The notes below the pieces were generated by a model. The model saw only the letters and a program-made list of their open reading frames with translations, searched no databases and was not told the origin of the DNA. The position numbers were made by a program, and so were the translations under genes. From an uncultured Acidobacteriota bacterium (lineage in GTDB: Bacteria; Acidobacteriota; Thermoanaerobaculia; Multivoradales; UBA5704): 64,000 nt of DNA. This document shows, piece by piece, positions 37,821-47,300 of this stretch; the first letter of the stretch is position 1; the number at the start of each line of letters is the position of its first letter. The DNA lies in the NCBI GenBank assembly GCA_963770895.1, contig CAVYRF010000002.1, positions 1,824,001-1,888,000 on the forward strand, given 5' to 3'.

Positions 37821-39592
37821 CGCTCGCGGTCGACCAGCCGGCGCATGCGCGCCAGGCGCTCGCCGAACCGCGCGTCGCGCCGCAGCGCCACCAGCATCGG
37901 CTCCAGCTCCAGCCAGCCGGCGTCGCGGTAGCCCAGGTCGATGGCGGCGTCCAGCGCCTGGAGCGCCGCGCCGTCGTCGCCGGCGGCGGTTTCGAGCAGT
38001 GCCAGGTCGAGCCCCGAGTCGGGCCACTCGTCGCCCTCGGCCCGGCCGCGCCGCAGCGCCTCCGCGAGGTCGCGCAGGTCGCGGCGCCGGCTCTCCAGGG
38101 TGGTGCCGGCGGCCACCGGCTGGCCTGCCGGGAGGTGGGCGCCCGCCTCCTGGAGCGCCAGCACCAGCAGCCGGGTCCGCGCGCGCAGGTCGTGGGGAGC
38201 CACGGCGAGCGCCTGGGCGAAGAACGCCCTGGCCCGCGCCGTGTCGCCGGCCAGGAGGGCGACCGCGCCGCGGACGTCGGCCAGCTCGGGGCGCCGGATG
38301 CCGCGCGCGATGGCGCCCTCGGCGATCGCGTCCGCCTCCCGCACCCGCCCCTGCGACAGGCGGGCGGCGGCGAAGGCGGCGGCGGCAAAGACGTTGTCCG
38401 GGCGAAGCTCCAGGGCGCGCTCGAACCAGACCGTCGCCGCGGGTTCGAAGCCGAGCGCGGCCAGGGTTCCTCCCACCTGCACCTCCAGGTAGATGGGCGG
38501 GTCGCCCGCTCCCAGGCGGGCGGCGCGCACGTCGGCTTCCAGCGCCGCCGCCAGGTGACCTTGGACCTGCAGCAGGTTGGCCGCGCTGGCCAGGGCGGCC
38601 GCCGGCTGCGCCTCCAGGCCGGCGGCGAGCTGGTAGGCGGCGAGCGCCGCATGCACCTGGCCGCGGCTGTCGCGGGCCAACCCAAGAGCATGGTGCGCCC
38701 TGCCCAGCCGCGGGTCCAGGGCCAGGGCTCGCTGCGCCAGCGCCAGCGCCTGGTCGTCGCCGCCGTGCTGGTTGAACTTGGTGCCGCGCTGGGACAGCGC
38801 CATGCTCAAGCCCGCCAGCGCCTGCGGGTTCCGCGGCTCGAGCTGCAGCGCCCGCTGATAGAGCTCGATCGCCAGCTCGTTGTTGGCCTCCTGGTGCTGC
38901 CCCAGGTAGGCGTCGGCGCGCCGCACCAGCTCGGCACCGGTGGGTGAGCGGGTTGCCACCGGGGCGGCCGGATCGGCCGTGGCGGCCGCTGCGGCCGGCG
39001 GTGCGAGTCGCGGGTCGAGCTGGCCCTGGCGGTCACGGTGCTGCCGGTAGGCGGCGACAAGCGCCAGGCCGGCGACCAGCAGCACGACGGCCGCGACGCT
39101 CAGGGCGGCAAGGGTGCCGGTGCGGCGGCGGGTGCCCTGGCCCTCGCCTGGCTTTCGGTCGGGCTGCTGGTGGCGCTCCCGGCCAGGTTCCTGGGCAGGC
39201 GTCTGGCGGTGTTCCTGGTCGAGCTCCAGACCGGGCTGCTGGCCGGACTCCTGGTGGCCTTCCACCAGCACCGCGGGGACCAGCTGGTAGCCGCGCCCGC
39301 GCACCGCTCGCAGGTAGCGCGGGCTCCTGGCCTCGTCGCCCAGCGCCCGGCGCAGCAGCGCGACGCGCTGGGTGAGCGTTTCGTCGGCGACTGCCACCCC
39401 CGCCCAGACGGTGGCGATGAGCTCCTCCGGCGACACCACGGCGGGGGCGCGGCGCGCCAGCGCGACGAGCAGGTCGAACGACAGGCGCGGCAGCTCCACC
39501 TTGCGGCCGTCCTGGTGGACAACGGTGAATTCTTCCAGGTCGACCGTCAGGTCGGCGATGCGGAACCGCTTTTCGCCTGGCTGCCGGAGCAT
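37754..39592 (-). CDS. CadC/ToxR-like regulator: winged helix + TM + TPR
   Basis: FDLLVAL...VSPEELIATVW...LTQRVALLRRALGD..YLRAVRGRGY, one TM helix, then TPR repeats. Confidence 0.9.
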   Translation of the reverse strand: MLRQPGEKRFRIADLTVDLEEFTVVHQDGRKVELPRLSFDLLVALARRAPAVVSPEELIATVWAGVAVADETLTQRVALLRRALGDEARSPRYLRAVRGRGYQLVPAVLVEGHQESGQQPGLELDQEHRQTPAQEPGRERHQQPDRKPGEGQGTRRRTGTLAALSVAAVVLLVAGLALVAAYRQHRDRQGQLDPRLAPPAAAAATADPAAPVATRSPTGAELVRRADAYLGQHQEANNELAIELYQRALQLEPRNPQALAGLSMALSQRGTKFNQHGGDDQALALAQRALALDPRLGRAHHALGLARDSRGQVHAALAAYQLAAGLEAQPAAALASAANLLQVQGHLAAALEADVRAARLGAGDPPIYLEVQVGGTLAALGFEPAATVWFERALELRPDNVFAAAAFAAARLSQGRVREADAIAEGAIARGIRRPELADVRGAVALLAGDTARARAFFAQALAVAPHDLRARTRLLVLALQEAGAHLPAGQPVAAGTTLESRRRDLRDLAEALRRGRAEGDEWPDSGLDLALLETAAGDDGAALQALDAAIDLGYRDAGWLELEPMLVALRRDARFGERLARMRRLVDRERQGVVGAPWLPPALLAGSAARM

Positions 39593-39653
39593 GCGCCAAG
39601 AATACTGCGGCCGCTGGGCGCCGGCCGCGCCGGCCGGCGCCGGGGGCTCCGCG

Positions 39654-40433
39654 TCAGCCCGGCGCCAGGGCCAGCACGCGCAGAGGGCTGCCGCTGCCCT
39701 GGACGATCTTGAGCGGCGCGGCGATCACCACGGCACCGGTCGGCGGCAGCTGGTCGAGGTTGCGCAGGCTGGTCAAGCCGAAGCGGCCGGCGCCGTGCAT
39801 CAGGGTGTGGCAGGGGAACGGCGGATCGAAGCGGCCGGCCTGGCCGGCGTCGGTGCCGACGGTCTCGACCCCGACGCCAAGGATGTCGCGATGGTGCGCC
39901 AGCAGCTCGATCGCCTCGCGGTCGAAGCCCGGACTGTGCGGGCCGTCGTCGGCGGCGTTGAGAAAGTCGCGCGCGCCGCTGCGCCGGCTCCAGCCGGTGC
40001 GCAGCAGCACCCACGACCCCGCCGGGATGGCGCCGTGCGCCTTCTCCCAAGCGAGCAGGCGGTCGCGGCCGAGCAGGAAATCGGCGTTCGCCGCCACCTC
40101 CGCGGTGACGTCGACGACGCAGGCGGGGCCGACGAAACGGCCGGCGGGGATGGTGTCGCAGGCGTTGCCCGGCAGGTCCCTGCCGGTGATCCAGTGGATG
40201 GGGGCGTCGAAATGCGTGCCGGTGTGCTCGCCTAGGCGCAGGCTGTTCCAGTACCACGCCGGGCCCTTCTCGTCGTAGCGCGACAGCACCTCGACCGAGA
40301 GACCGGGAGAAGCGGCGAACTGCGGCGGCAGATCGATCACCGGCGTATCCGGCCCGAGCGGCTGCGTCAGATCGACCACCCGCACCGTGCCGCCGGCGAG
40401 CGCTGCCACCAGCTGTACCAGGACGTCCGTCAT
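39654..40433 (-). CDS. Cyclase-family metallohydrolase (kynurenine formamidase/isatin hydrolase type)
   Basis: EHTGTHFDAPIHW, LLRTGWS, GVETVGTDAG and APLKI..GSGSPLR. Confidence 0.92.
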   Translation of the reverse strand: MTDVLVQLVAALAGGTVRVVDLTQPLGPDTPVIDLPPQFAASPGLSVEVLSRYDEKGPAWYWNSLRLGEHTGTHFDAPIHWITGRDLPGNACDTIPAGRFVGPACVVDVTAEVAANADFLLGRDRLLAWEKAHGAIPAGSWVLLRTGWSRRSGARDFLNAADDGPHSPGFDREAIELLAHHRDILGVGVETVGTDAGQAGRFDPPFPCHTLMHGAGRFGLTSLRNLDQLPPTGAVVIAAPLKIVQGSGSPLRVLALAPG

Positions 40434-41062
40434 GGGCTGCTCCTCGTGCTCGCGTTGCTGAGGTTGCTGGCATTGTTCGCGTCGTTTGCGCCGCCGGCCA
40501 GGCCGCGCAGATGGCGCTCGAACTGGAAGCGGTTCTCCAGCAGGTGCAGGTCGATGAAGTAGCTTGCCGGCCCTTGCGGCTCGACCTTGGCGACCAGCAC
40601 CGCCAGATCCCCCGCGTCTAGCGCCTCCTGGCAGGCCAGCGCCAGGCTGTCCGTGGTGCGGTAGGTGCCGCTGCGCGGCACTCCCGCGGCGGCGGCGATC
40701 GCGGCCAGGTCGCTGCCGGTCGCGGTGGCGGTCGAAAAGCTGCGTCCGACCGAAAGCAGCGCCTCGTTGTCGAAGACCACGTGCAGCAGGTTGCGCGGCC
40801 GGTGCCGCGCCAGGGTGGTGAAGGTCCCCAGGTTCATCAAGACCGACCCGTCGCCATCCAGCACCACCACCTGCAGCTGCGGCCGCGCCAGCGCGATCCC
40901 CAGCCCCACCGAAGACGCCAGCCCCATCGAATGCCAGACGTAGAAGAACCCCGGCTGATGTCCGAGCGAAAACAGCTCGGCCGGCGCCGCGCCCATGTTG
41001 GTGACCACCACCCGGTCGGCGAGCAGCGGATAGATCGCCCGCAGCGCATCGATGCGCAGCAT
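40430..41062 (-). CDS. comE: ThDP-dependent decarboxylase beta subunit (ComE-like)
   Basis: SMGLASSVGLG and the GDGSVLMN...DN ThDP motif. Coupled to both neighbours. Confidence 0.8.
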   Translation of the reverse strand: MLRIDALRAIYPLLADRVVVTNMGAAPAELFSLGHQPGFFYVWHSMGLASSVGLGIALARPQLQVVVLDGDGSVLMNLGTFTTLARHRPRNLLHVVFDNEALLSVGRSFSTATATGSDLAAIAAAAGVPRSGTYRTTDSLALACQEALDAGDLAVLVAKVEPQGPASYFIDLHLLENRFQFERHLRGLAGGANDANNASNLSNASTRSSP

Positions 41063-41586
41063 CACGCGGGCCGCTCCTCTTCCCACATCAGCTCCCGGCC
41101 CAGCAGCAGCGCCACCGGCCGCAAGCTCGCCTCGGCCAGGCTCTGCGCCTGGCGCATCCTGGCCGCCACCTCTTCCTGCCGCTCGAGCAACAGCCAGGGG
41201 ATGCGCAGAGCGCGCAGCAGATCTTCCGTGACCCCGCCCCCCTCGGTCTGCCAGGGGTGTTCTTCGCCAAAACCACCGCGGTAGCTCACCAGCATCAGCA
41301 GCGGCACCCGATACAGCTGGGCCAACGACACGATGGCATTGACGCTCGCCAGCAGCCCATGGTTCTGCATCAGCATCGCCGACCGCACTCCAGCCAGGTG
41401 CGCGCCCACCGACACCCCCACCCCCTCCTCCTCCTTGGCCAGGCGCACCAGCGTCATCTCAGGATCCTCTTCCGCCAGGCTCACCAGCTGCACCAGCCAC
41501 GTCTCCGGCAACACCGACAGCAGCCGCACCCCGCAATCCTTCAGGGCCTGGTACAACCGCCGCGAATTCGCCACCGATACCGGCAT
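41062..41586 (-). CDS. comD: ThDP-dependent decarboxylase alpha subunit (ComD-like)
   Basis: LAKEEEGVGVSVGAHLAG, MLMQNHG and LMLVSYRG..GE. Confidence 0.82.
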   Translation of the reverse strand: MPVSVANSRRLYQALKDCGVRLLSVLPETWLVQLVSLAEEDPEMTLVRLAKEEEGVGVSVGAHLAGVRSAMLMQNHGLLASVNAIVSLAQLYRVPLLMLVSYRGGFGEEHPWQTEGGGVTEDLLRALRIPWLLLERQEEVAARMRQAQSLAEASLRPVALLLGRELMWEEERPA

Positions 41587-41766
41587 GGTTGGTTAAGGAG
41601 TATAGCGAAGCCCGCAAATTGCGGCTTCTATCGCCGGGTCCCTGCGCCGGAGGTGCCGACCTGGCGCGGAGCGAGCGCCAGCCCGGCCTGGTCCGGGCAG
41701 CGGCGCCGGCGCGGTGCACGGAGGGCCGGCCGGGAGGGCTCGCCGGCGGCGGATCGTGATGGCTGG

Positions 41767-42030
41767 CTAGCCGTTGCGGAGCGGCCTGCCCGACGACACG
41801 GAGAGGACACGCGCATCCTCTTCGAGACGCGCCAGGGCGTCCGGCTGCACGAAGGCAGTGAAGATCTGGGGCGTCAATCGCGTACGGAGCGCGATACAGG
41901 AAGGCACATAACCGTCCGACGCCACCCGGACGACGGCCAGCAGAGGACCGGCGCGGGCCGTGCGGGCAAGCCACCGCAAGCGAGGCTCGATCTTCCTGGA
42001 CATGGGCTCGATGAGCGTCGAGTCAGCCAT
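41767..42030 (-). CDS. Stand-alone subtilase prodomain-like protein (putative protease inhibitor, 87 aa)
   Basis: AAAGGA RBS. IEPRLRW...VVRV...IFTAFV..DALARLE....V.SV..GRPLR parallels the prodomain of the upstream protease (LEPRLRW...TARV...IVTARV...VEEIG..PFL..L..ARPVR). Confidence 0.72.
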   Translation of the reverse strand: MADSTLIEPMSRKIEPRLRWLARTARAGPLLAVVRVASDGYVPSCIALRTRLTPQIFTAFVQPDALARLEEDARVLSVSSGRPLRNG

Positions 42031-42145
42031 GTTGTCCTTTTTCTTTTTGCCTGGCCTGCTCTCGCACTGCAAGGCAAAAATCCGAGTTTGGCGCTGGCTT
42101 CATGTATATCATAACCGCCCGCATTCGCTGCCGGTTCCACCGCAA

Positions 42146-44314
42146 TCAGGATGGTAACCGGTGGATCGCCTGGATCGCGGCGCGCGCTTCGATCCGCCCC
42201 CAGCCGTAGCGTTCGTGCCACACGTGATCGGGCGGCGAGACCCGCGCCGCGGCGCGCAGGATCTCGCGAATGCGCGTCATGGACAGGTGCAAACCGCGTG
42301 CCTTTGCCTCGGCAAGCATCAGCGCGACGACTCCGGTGACGGCGGGAGCCGCCATGCTCGTGCCGCTGAGCGGAATCCTCTGCGTGCCGCGGCGGGAGCA
42401 GGCCGCCTGGACCGCCTGGCCCGGTGCGCTCAGCTCCGGTTTCTGCCGCCCGTCACGAGTTGGACCGGCACTGGTGAACGCGGACAGCGGCGTGCCGGTG
42501 CTGGTCGCGTCATAGGAACCGACGACGATCGGTTCGCGGCCGCACGCGATGGACCCCAGCGTAAAGCTGCGATCGACAGGCTCCAGGAACCGCGCCGTAC
42601 GGTCCCGATACCTCTCCATCCAGGCGTGAAACGTGCCGTCGATGACGCGGCGCCCGCGCAGCCGCAGCCGCCATTCGCCCGCGGGAAGCGCCGGTCCCAT
42701 CGCGATCAAAACCTGGGCCGGCTCACCTGCCAGACCTCCGCCCACGTGGCTGAGCAAGCCGCCCACAGCGCCCGCCCTGCCCGTCAGCTCGACATCCGGA
42801 TCGCCCGCGGCCAGCGGCGGGGATACCAGCTTGCCGCGAGGATCGATCAGCTCGACGGTGAGGTCGTCGTCCGGCGAATACCAGCCTTCGATTTCGATCT
42901 GCCGCTGGCGCGAACGCCGCACCTGCCAGGAGATCTCGTGGCTGCCGTCCTGGCCGACATGCCCTGTCACGTGGATGCCGGCATCAAAGGTATTTCCCGC
43001 GGCGATCACGATGGCGCGGTCGGGCGCGCCGCCCAGCATTTCGTCCAGGAAGACCTCGACGATGGAGGAGCCGTCGTGGGGACCGGCGTCGGTCGCCAGG
43101 CTGAGGTTCACCACGCAGGGCCGGTCCCCTGCCTGGCGGAAGATGAACTCGACGGCGTTCATCAGCTGCGTCGAATCGCTGAGGGAGCTCCGGCGGCGGC
43201 CGTCTGCCGGCGACGCTTCGCCGGCAAGGCACACGAAGATCAGCTCCGCGCCCGGCGCGATGCCCGCGACTCCGGTGCCGCGTCCGCCGCCGGCGGCGAT
43301 ATCCATGACGTGCGTGCCGTGGGCGCTCAATTCCGGACGATAGCCGAGGGCCTTGTAGGGAGCGGCGGTTTGCAGAGCGGCGTCGATCTGCTCCCTGGTG
43401 TGGACGCCGGTGTCACCCTGTGCCTGATCCCAAAGCGCCAGCAGGCGGGTCTTGCCATCCTGCTGGCGAAAGTTGGGGTGCGCGAAGTCGCAACCGAAAT
43501 CGACGATGCCGACGATCGCGCCGCGACCAGGCTCTCCCGAGGTCAGCGCCGGCAGCTGCAGTGGGGCCGCCGCGGTCTCCTCGACGGTCCGGTGCAGGTC
43601 CGGGCGGACCGGTCGGGCGGCGGCCAAACCCTGCAGGAACGGCAGCCGGCCGATCTCTTCGACCCGGTGGGGCGGCACGCGTGCGGTCACGATCCATTCG
43701 CTTCCGGCGCGCCGCGGCACGGCGATGCCGTGCGCGATGCCGGTCACCTTCTCCCAGGACGGGAGGTCGGACACCCGTGCCGTCACCGGGATGGTTCCTC
43801 CGGTTGCTGCGAGCCGCTGCGCCGACTGGAGCTGCCAGCGGAGCCGCGGCTCAAGGACCACCCTGGAGCGTCGCGCCCGTTCGAGCAGCTTCGGCCAATC
43901 ATCGGCGAAGTCGCCCTTGTCGAATACGTCCTCGATCTCCAGCTCTCGCCGATTGATCAGGTCTTTCAGCGGTTTGTCATCGGAGAAGTTGGTCAGCACC
44001 AGCACTGGCAGGTCGGGCCGCTCGCTACGAATCCGTTCGATCAGGCCGGTCGTCGTTCTGGGATGTGTGCCCCAGTTCATGAAGGCGCCCGGCCTTTCTT
44101 CGGGCAGGCGCCAATCCAGGACGAAGGCAACCAATGTCGAGTCCGCGATCCATTCTGCAGCGGTGCTCAACCGCGCCGCCCTCTGGTACCGGATGGTACC
44201 CACCTCGGGCCAATAGCCGACGCTCCGCCCATCGGCGGGCTCATACGCATCGCTTTCATCGACGTGCGCAAGGTACCAACCTACCGGGGGCTGCGTGACG
44301 GGAGCCAGGGTCAC
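42146..44314 (-). CDS. Receiver domain + prodomain + S8 subtilisin-like protease fusion
   Basis: REC motifs HVDES, FVLDWRLP, VLVLTN and FDKG. S8 triad VGIVDFG, HGTHV, GTSMAAP and oxyanion AAGN. Beta insert within the catalytic domain. No signal peptide. GTG overlaps the kinase TGA. Confidence 0.9.
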   Translation of the reverse strand: MTLAPVTQPPVGWYLAHVDESDAYEPADGRSVGYWPEVGTIRYQRAARLSTAAEWIADSTLVAFVLDWRLPEERPGAFMNWGTHPRTTTGLIERIRSERPDLPVLVLTNFSDDKPLKDLINRRELEIEDVFDKGDFADDWPKLLERARRSRVVLEPRLRWQLQSAQRLAATGGTIPVTARVSDLPSWEKVTGIAHGIAVPRRAGSEWIVTARVPPHRVEEIGRLPFLQGLAAARPVRPDLHRTVEETAAAPLQLPALTSGEPGRGAIVGIVDFGCDFAHPNFRQQDGKTRLLALWDQAQGDTGVHTREQIDAALQTAAPYKALGYRPELSAHGTHVMDIAAGGGRGTGVAGIAPGAELIFVCLAGEASPADGRRRSSLSDSTQLMNAVEFIFRQAGDRPCVVNLSLATDAGPHDGSSIVEVFLDEMLGGAPDRAIVIAAGNTFDAGIHVTGHVGQDGSHEISWQVRRSRQRQIEIEGWYSPDDDLTVELIDPRGKLVSPPLAAGDPDVELTGRAGAVGGLLSHVGGGLAGEPAQVLIAMGPALPAGEWRLRLRGRRVIDGTFHAWMERYRDRTARFLEPVDRSFTLGSIACGREPIVVGSYDATSTGTPLSAFTSAGPTRDGRQKPELSAPGQAVQAACSRRGTQRIPLSGTSMAAPAVTGVVALMLAEAKARGLHLSMTRIREILRAAARVSPPDHVWHERYGWGRIEARAAIQAIHRLPS

Positions 44315-47300
44315 AGGGGTGTCGCCTCCTTGGGGAGCGTGACGGTGAAGGTGGTGCCGGCCGCTGGCCGGCAAGCGAACCGCACATCACCGCCGAGCCA
44401 TTGGACGTATCGATAGACCATGAAAAGGCCGAGGCCGAGTCCGGGGTGGTGGGTCTCCTCGGACTCCGAGTCGCCGCGAACGCCTTCGCCATAGAGCGAT
44501 GCGGCGATCGTCGCCGGCAGGCCGTCGCCCTCGTCGCGCACCTCGATGAACACCTCGCGACGGTGACGCCGAACGTCCAGCACGACCTCCGAGTCCGCGG
44601 GCGAGTACTTGCAGGCATTGTCGAGCAGGTTCTGCACGATGTCGCCGACCATCATCTGGTCGAGCATCACCTCCACCGGCTCGCGCCGCGCCTGCCAGTG
44701 GACGACGTGCGTGTCCTTGTAAAGGGATTGCACGATCCGGCGGCGAAATTCCATCTCCGCGACAAGATCGAACCGCTTGAGCAGGGTCGGTGGCGACATG
44801 CCCCGTACCATGCGCATGTAGTTCTGGTGGTTGGAGATCATCAGCGCGCAGTCCTCGGCGAGGTCTTTGAGATAGGACAGGTCGCCCGCGATCAACGACG
44901 CGGGCCGCCGCTCCAGGCGCTTCAGCACGTTGCGCATGGCGTTGATCGGGCTGCCGATGTGATGGAACTGGAGGGCTAGAAGGCGGTGCGTCTGCACGGA
45001 GCGGATGAACTCGTGGACCAGGAATTGCGGCACCATGCGGCACAGCGCGCGGGTCGAAGGGTCGGGAGCCGCTTCGCGTTCATAGGCAAAGAAGAGCAGG
45101 GCGTAGCGTTGCCCGTTGCGCAGCACCGGCACCACCTCACCCAGCAGGATGCCACCGCTGTCGAGCTTGAAGAGCTCCGGGGTTGGCGGATCGCCGAGCA
45201 GCGGCGCCGCCGCCAGCAGGTCGTCGGCTTCGCGCTTCAGCCGGCCGATTTCGATATCGGGCAGCAGGCGCTTGAGCTGCCGCCGGATCACGCTCGAATG
45301 GGTCATCGTCGCTGCGGCGTCGGAATTGAGGATCACCCCCTTTGCCGAGGGGTCCTTGGTCAACAGCAGCACGTGCTGGGCGCGGGCAAGCTCGCCATGG
45401 AGCGAGGCATAGTCGAGCAGGCGGCGCCGCAGGATGCCTTCATCGAAGGAGTCCTCGGGCTCTTCGGGAGCCTCCTGTTGCAGGAAACGCAGCGGCGCGA
45501 CGAAGTCGAATTCGATTTCGACCTGCCGTAGCACGGCGTCGCAGGCCGTCGCAAAGACCGCCGCGATCACTCCGCGCATCTTTTCGGTCACGTTCGCCTG
45601 GCGCACGACCAGCAGCCGGTCCGCCGAGCGCCGCAGCGCGCTGTACAGCGTCCGCGCCGCGGCGAAGGCGGCGCTGGGCGGCAGCTGCGAGATCTCGATC
45701 AGGCTCTGTGCGCACTGCGCCAGCGCCAGGCTGTGGTCTGCCGGCAGGTGCGAGCCTTCCCAGGCCAGTGTCCCGACGTGGGCTCGGGCGCTCTCCCGCA
45801 GGTGCGGATCGACCCCGCCGTCGAATGCGATGGCGATGCCGCAGAGGTTGTAGACGTCGCGGAAGGCTCTCTGGCTGGCGGTTTGCGCCGGCGCCTTGTG
45901 CAGCAGCCTGAACAGCGTGCGTCTGGCCTCGCCTCCCCGTGCGTCACCGGGTGGCGAGGAGCCGGCCTGGCACAGGGCGACGAGGATCTCGGTACAGCGC
46001 CTCTCCGCGGGCGGGTGCACTCGGTGGCGCCTGGCGACGAACTCGAGCACCGCCAGCCGGCAGGTGCCGTCCACCAGCGATGCCAGCAGGTCCCAATCCG
46101 AATAGCCGTAAGCCTGTTGCACTGCCTGTACGCAGCGGTACAGCTCGATTGCCAGCCAGGTGTCGTGTTGATCGAAGTGGCAGTCGCGGAGCCGCTGCAG
46201 CAGCATGGGGAGGAGATACGCGATCACCGGTTGGCGGGCGCTGCGGCGGACGTCGTACGCCATCATGCGACGGATCGCCTGCGAGGTGCGAAACGGCAGC
46301 GCCAGCCGTGGGTCGTTGAGCACCCGCTCGACCAGGAGGCTTTTCATCGAGCGGCCGCCGAAGCTTGCCAGCTCGCCGTTCAGCTCGTCGCCCAGAAAGA
46401 CCTCGAGCGCGGAGCCGTTCGAGTATCGGAAGAACATGTGCGCCACCACGAGCCGGCACCGCAGGTTGTCTTCGGAGGACTCGGGCCCCCAATTCCTGCA
46501 CAGGTCGTGGCACAGGTGTACCAGGCGGGCAAGCTGAGGGCGTAGGTCCGGCGACAAATCGCCGCAGCTGAATGCGGCCAGCCGGAAGGCGCAGCGCAGG
46601 GCGTAGCGCAATCGCAGGTTGGGGTGCCGGCCGCCGGGTGTCCTGATGTGGCCCGCCGCCAGCGTGATCAACTCAGGAAGCAGAGACGAAAAGCCCTCCT
46701 CGTCGTCGTAGCGCAACCGAAAAGCCAGCGCCGACGGGGCCTCGGTGGGCATGCCGACGCTGGCCAGCAGCCACGCCACCTCTTCGAGGGCCTGGCGCAG
46801 CATGGACGCGTCCAGGCCGGCTCCGGCGCCGGCGTCCGAGGAAGCCTTGTGGGCGATCGCTGCCAGCAGCTCAGGGATCAGTCTGCCGCTGTGCAGAGAG
46901 CTCTCGATGCTGGCGGTGAGCGACCGCTCCAGCGTTGCCGGCAGACGTGCTCCGGCGTGAGCGAGGGCGCCGGCCGCCGCGATGGCGATGTCGTGGTTCA
47001 GCCGCCGCACGCTTTCGGCGCGATGGCAAAGCGCCACGATGCGGATGCTCTTGTCGAAACAGGCCAGCGCCACCAGGGTGTGGCCGCGCTCCTCGTCTTC
47101 GCTGGCACTGAGTGGGGAGTCAGGCGCCGCGAGCAGCACCAGGTGCTCGATGGCCAGGGCGTCGGAGTCGGCCAGCCGGATCGCGTAGCTGTGCTCGATC
47201 GGGTCGTCCAGACGCACGACGTGCAGCAGACCCGCCGAGTCCGATGCCAGGAGAACCTGGCGCAGCCGTGGCGGCGGCTCCGGAAGGCCGGGGTCAACCG

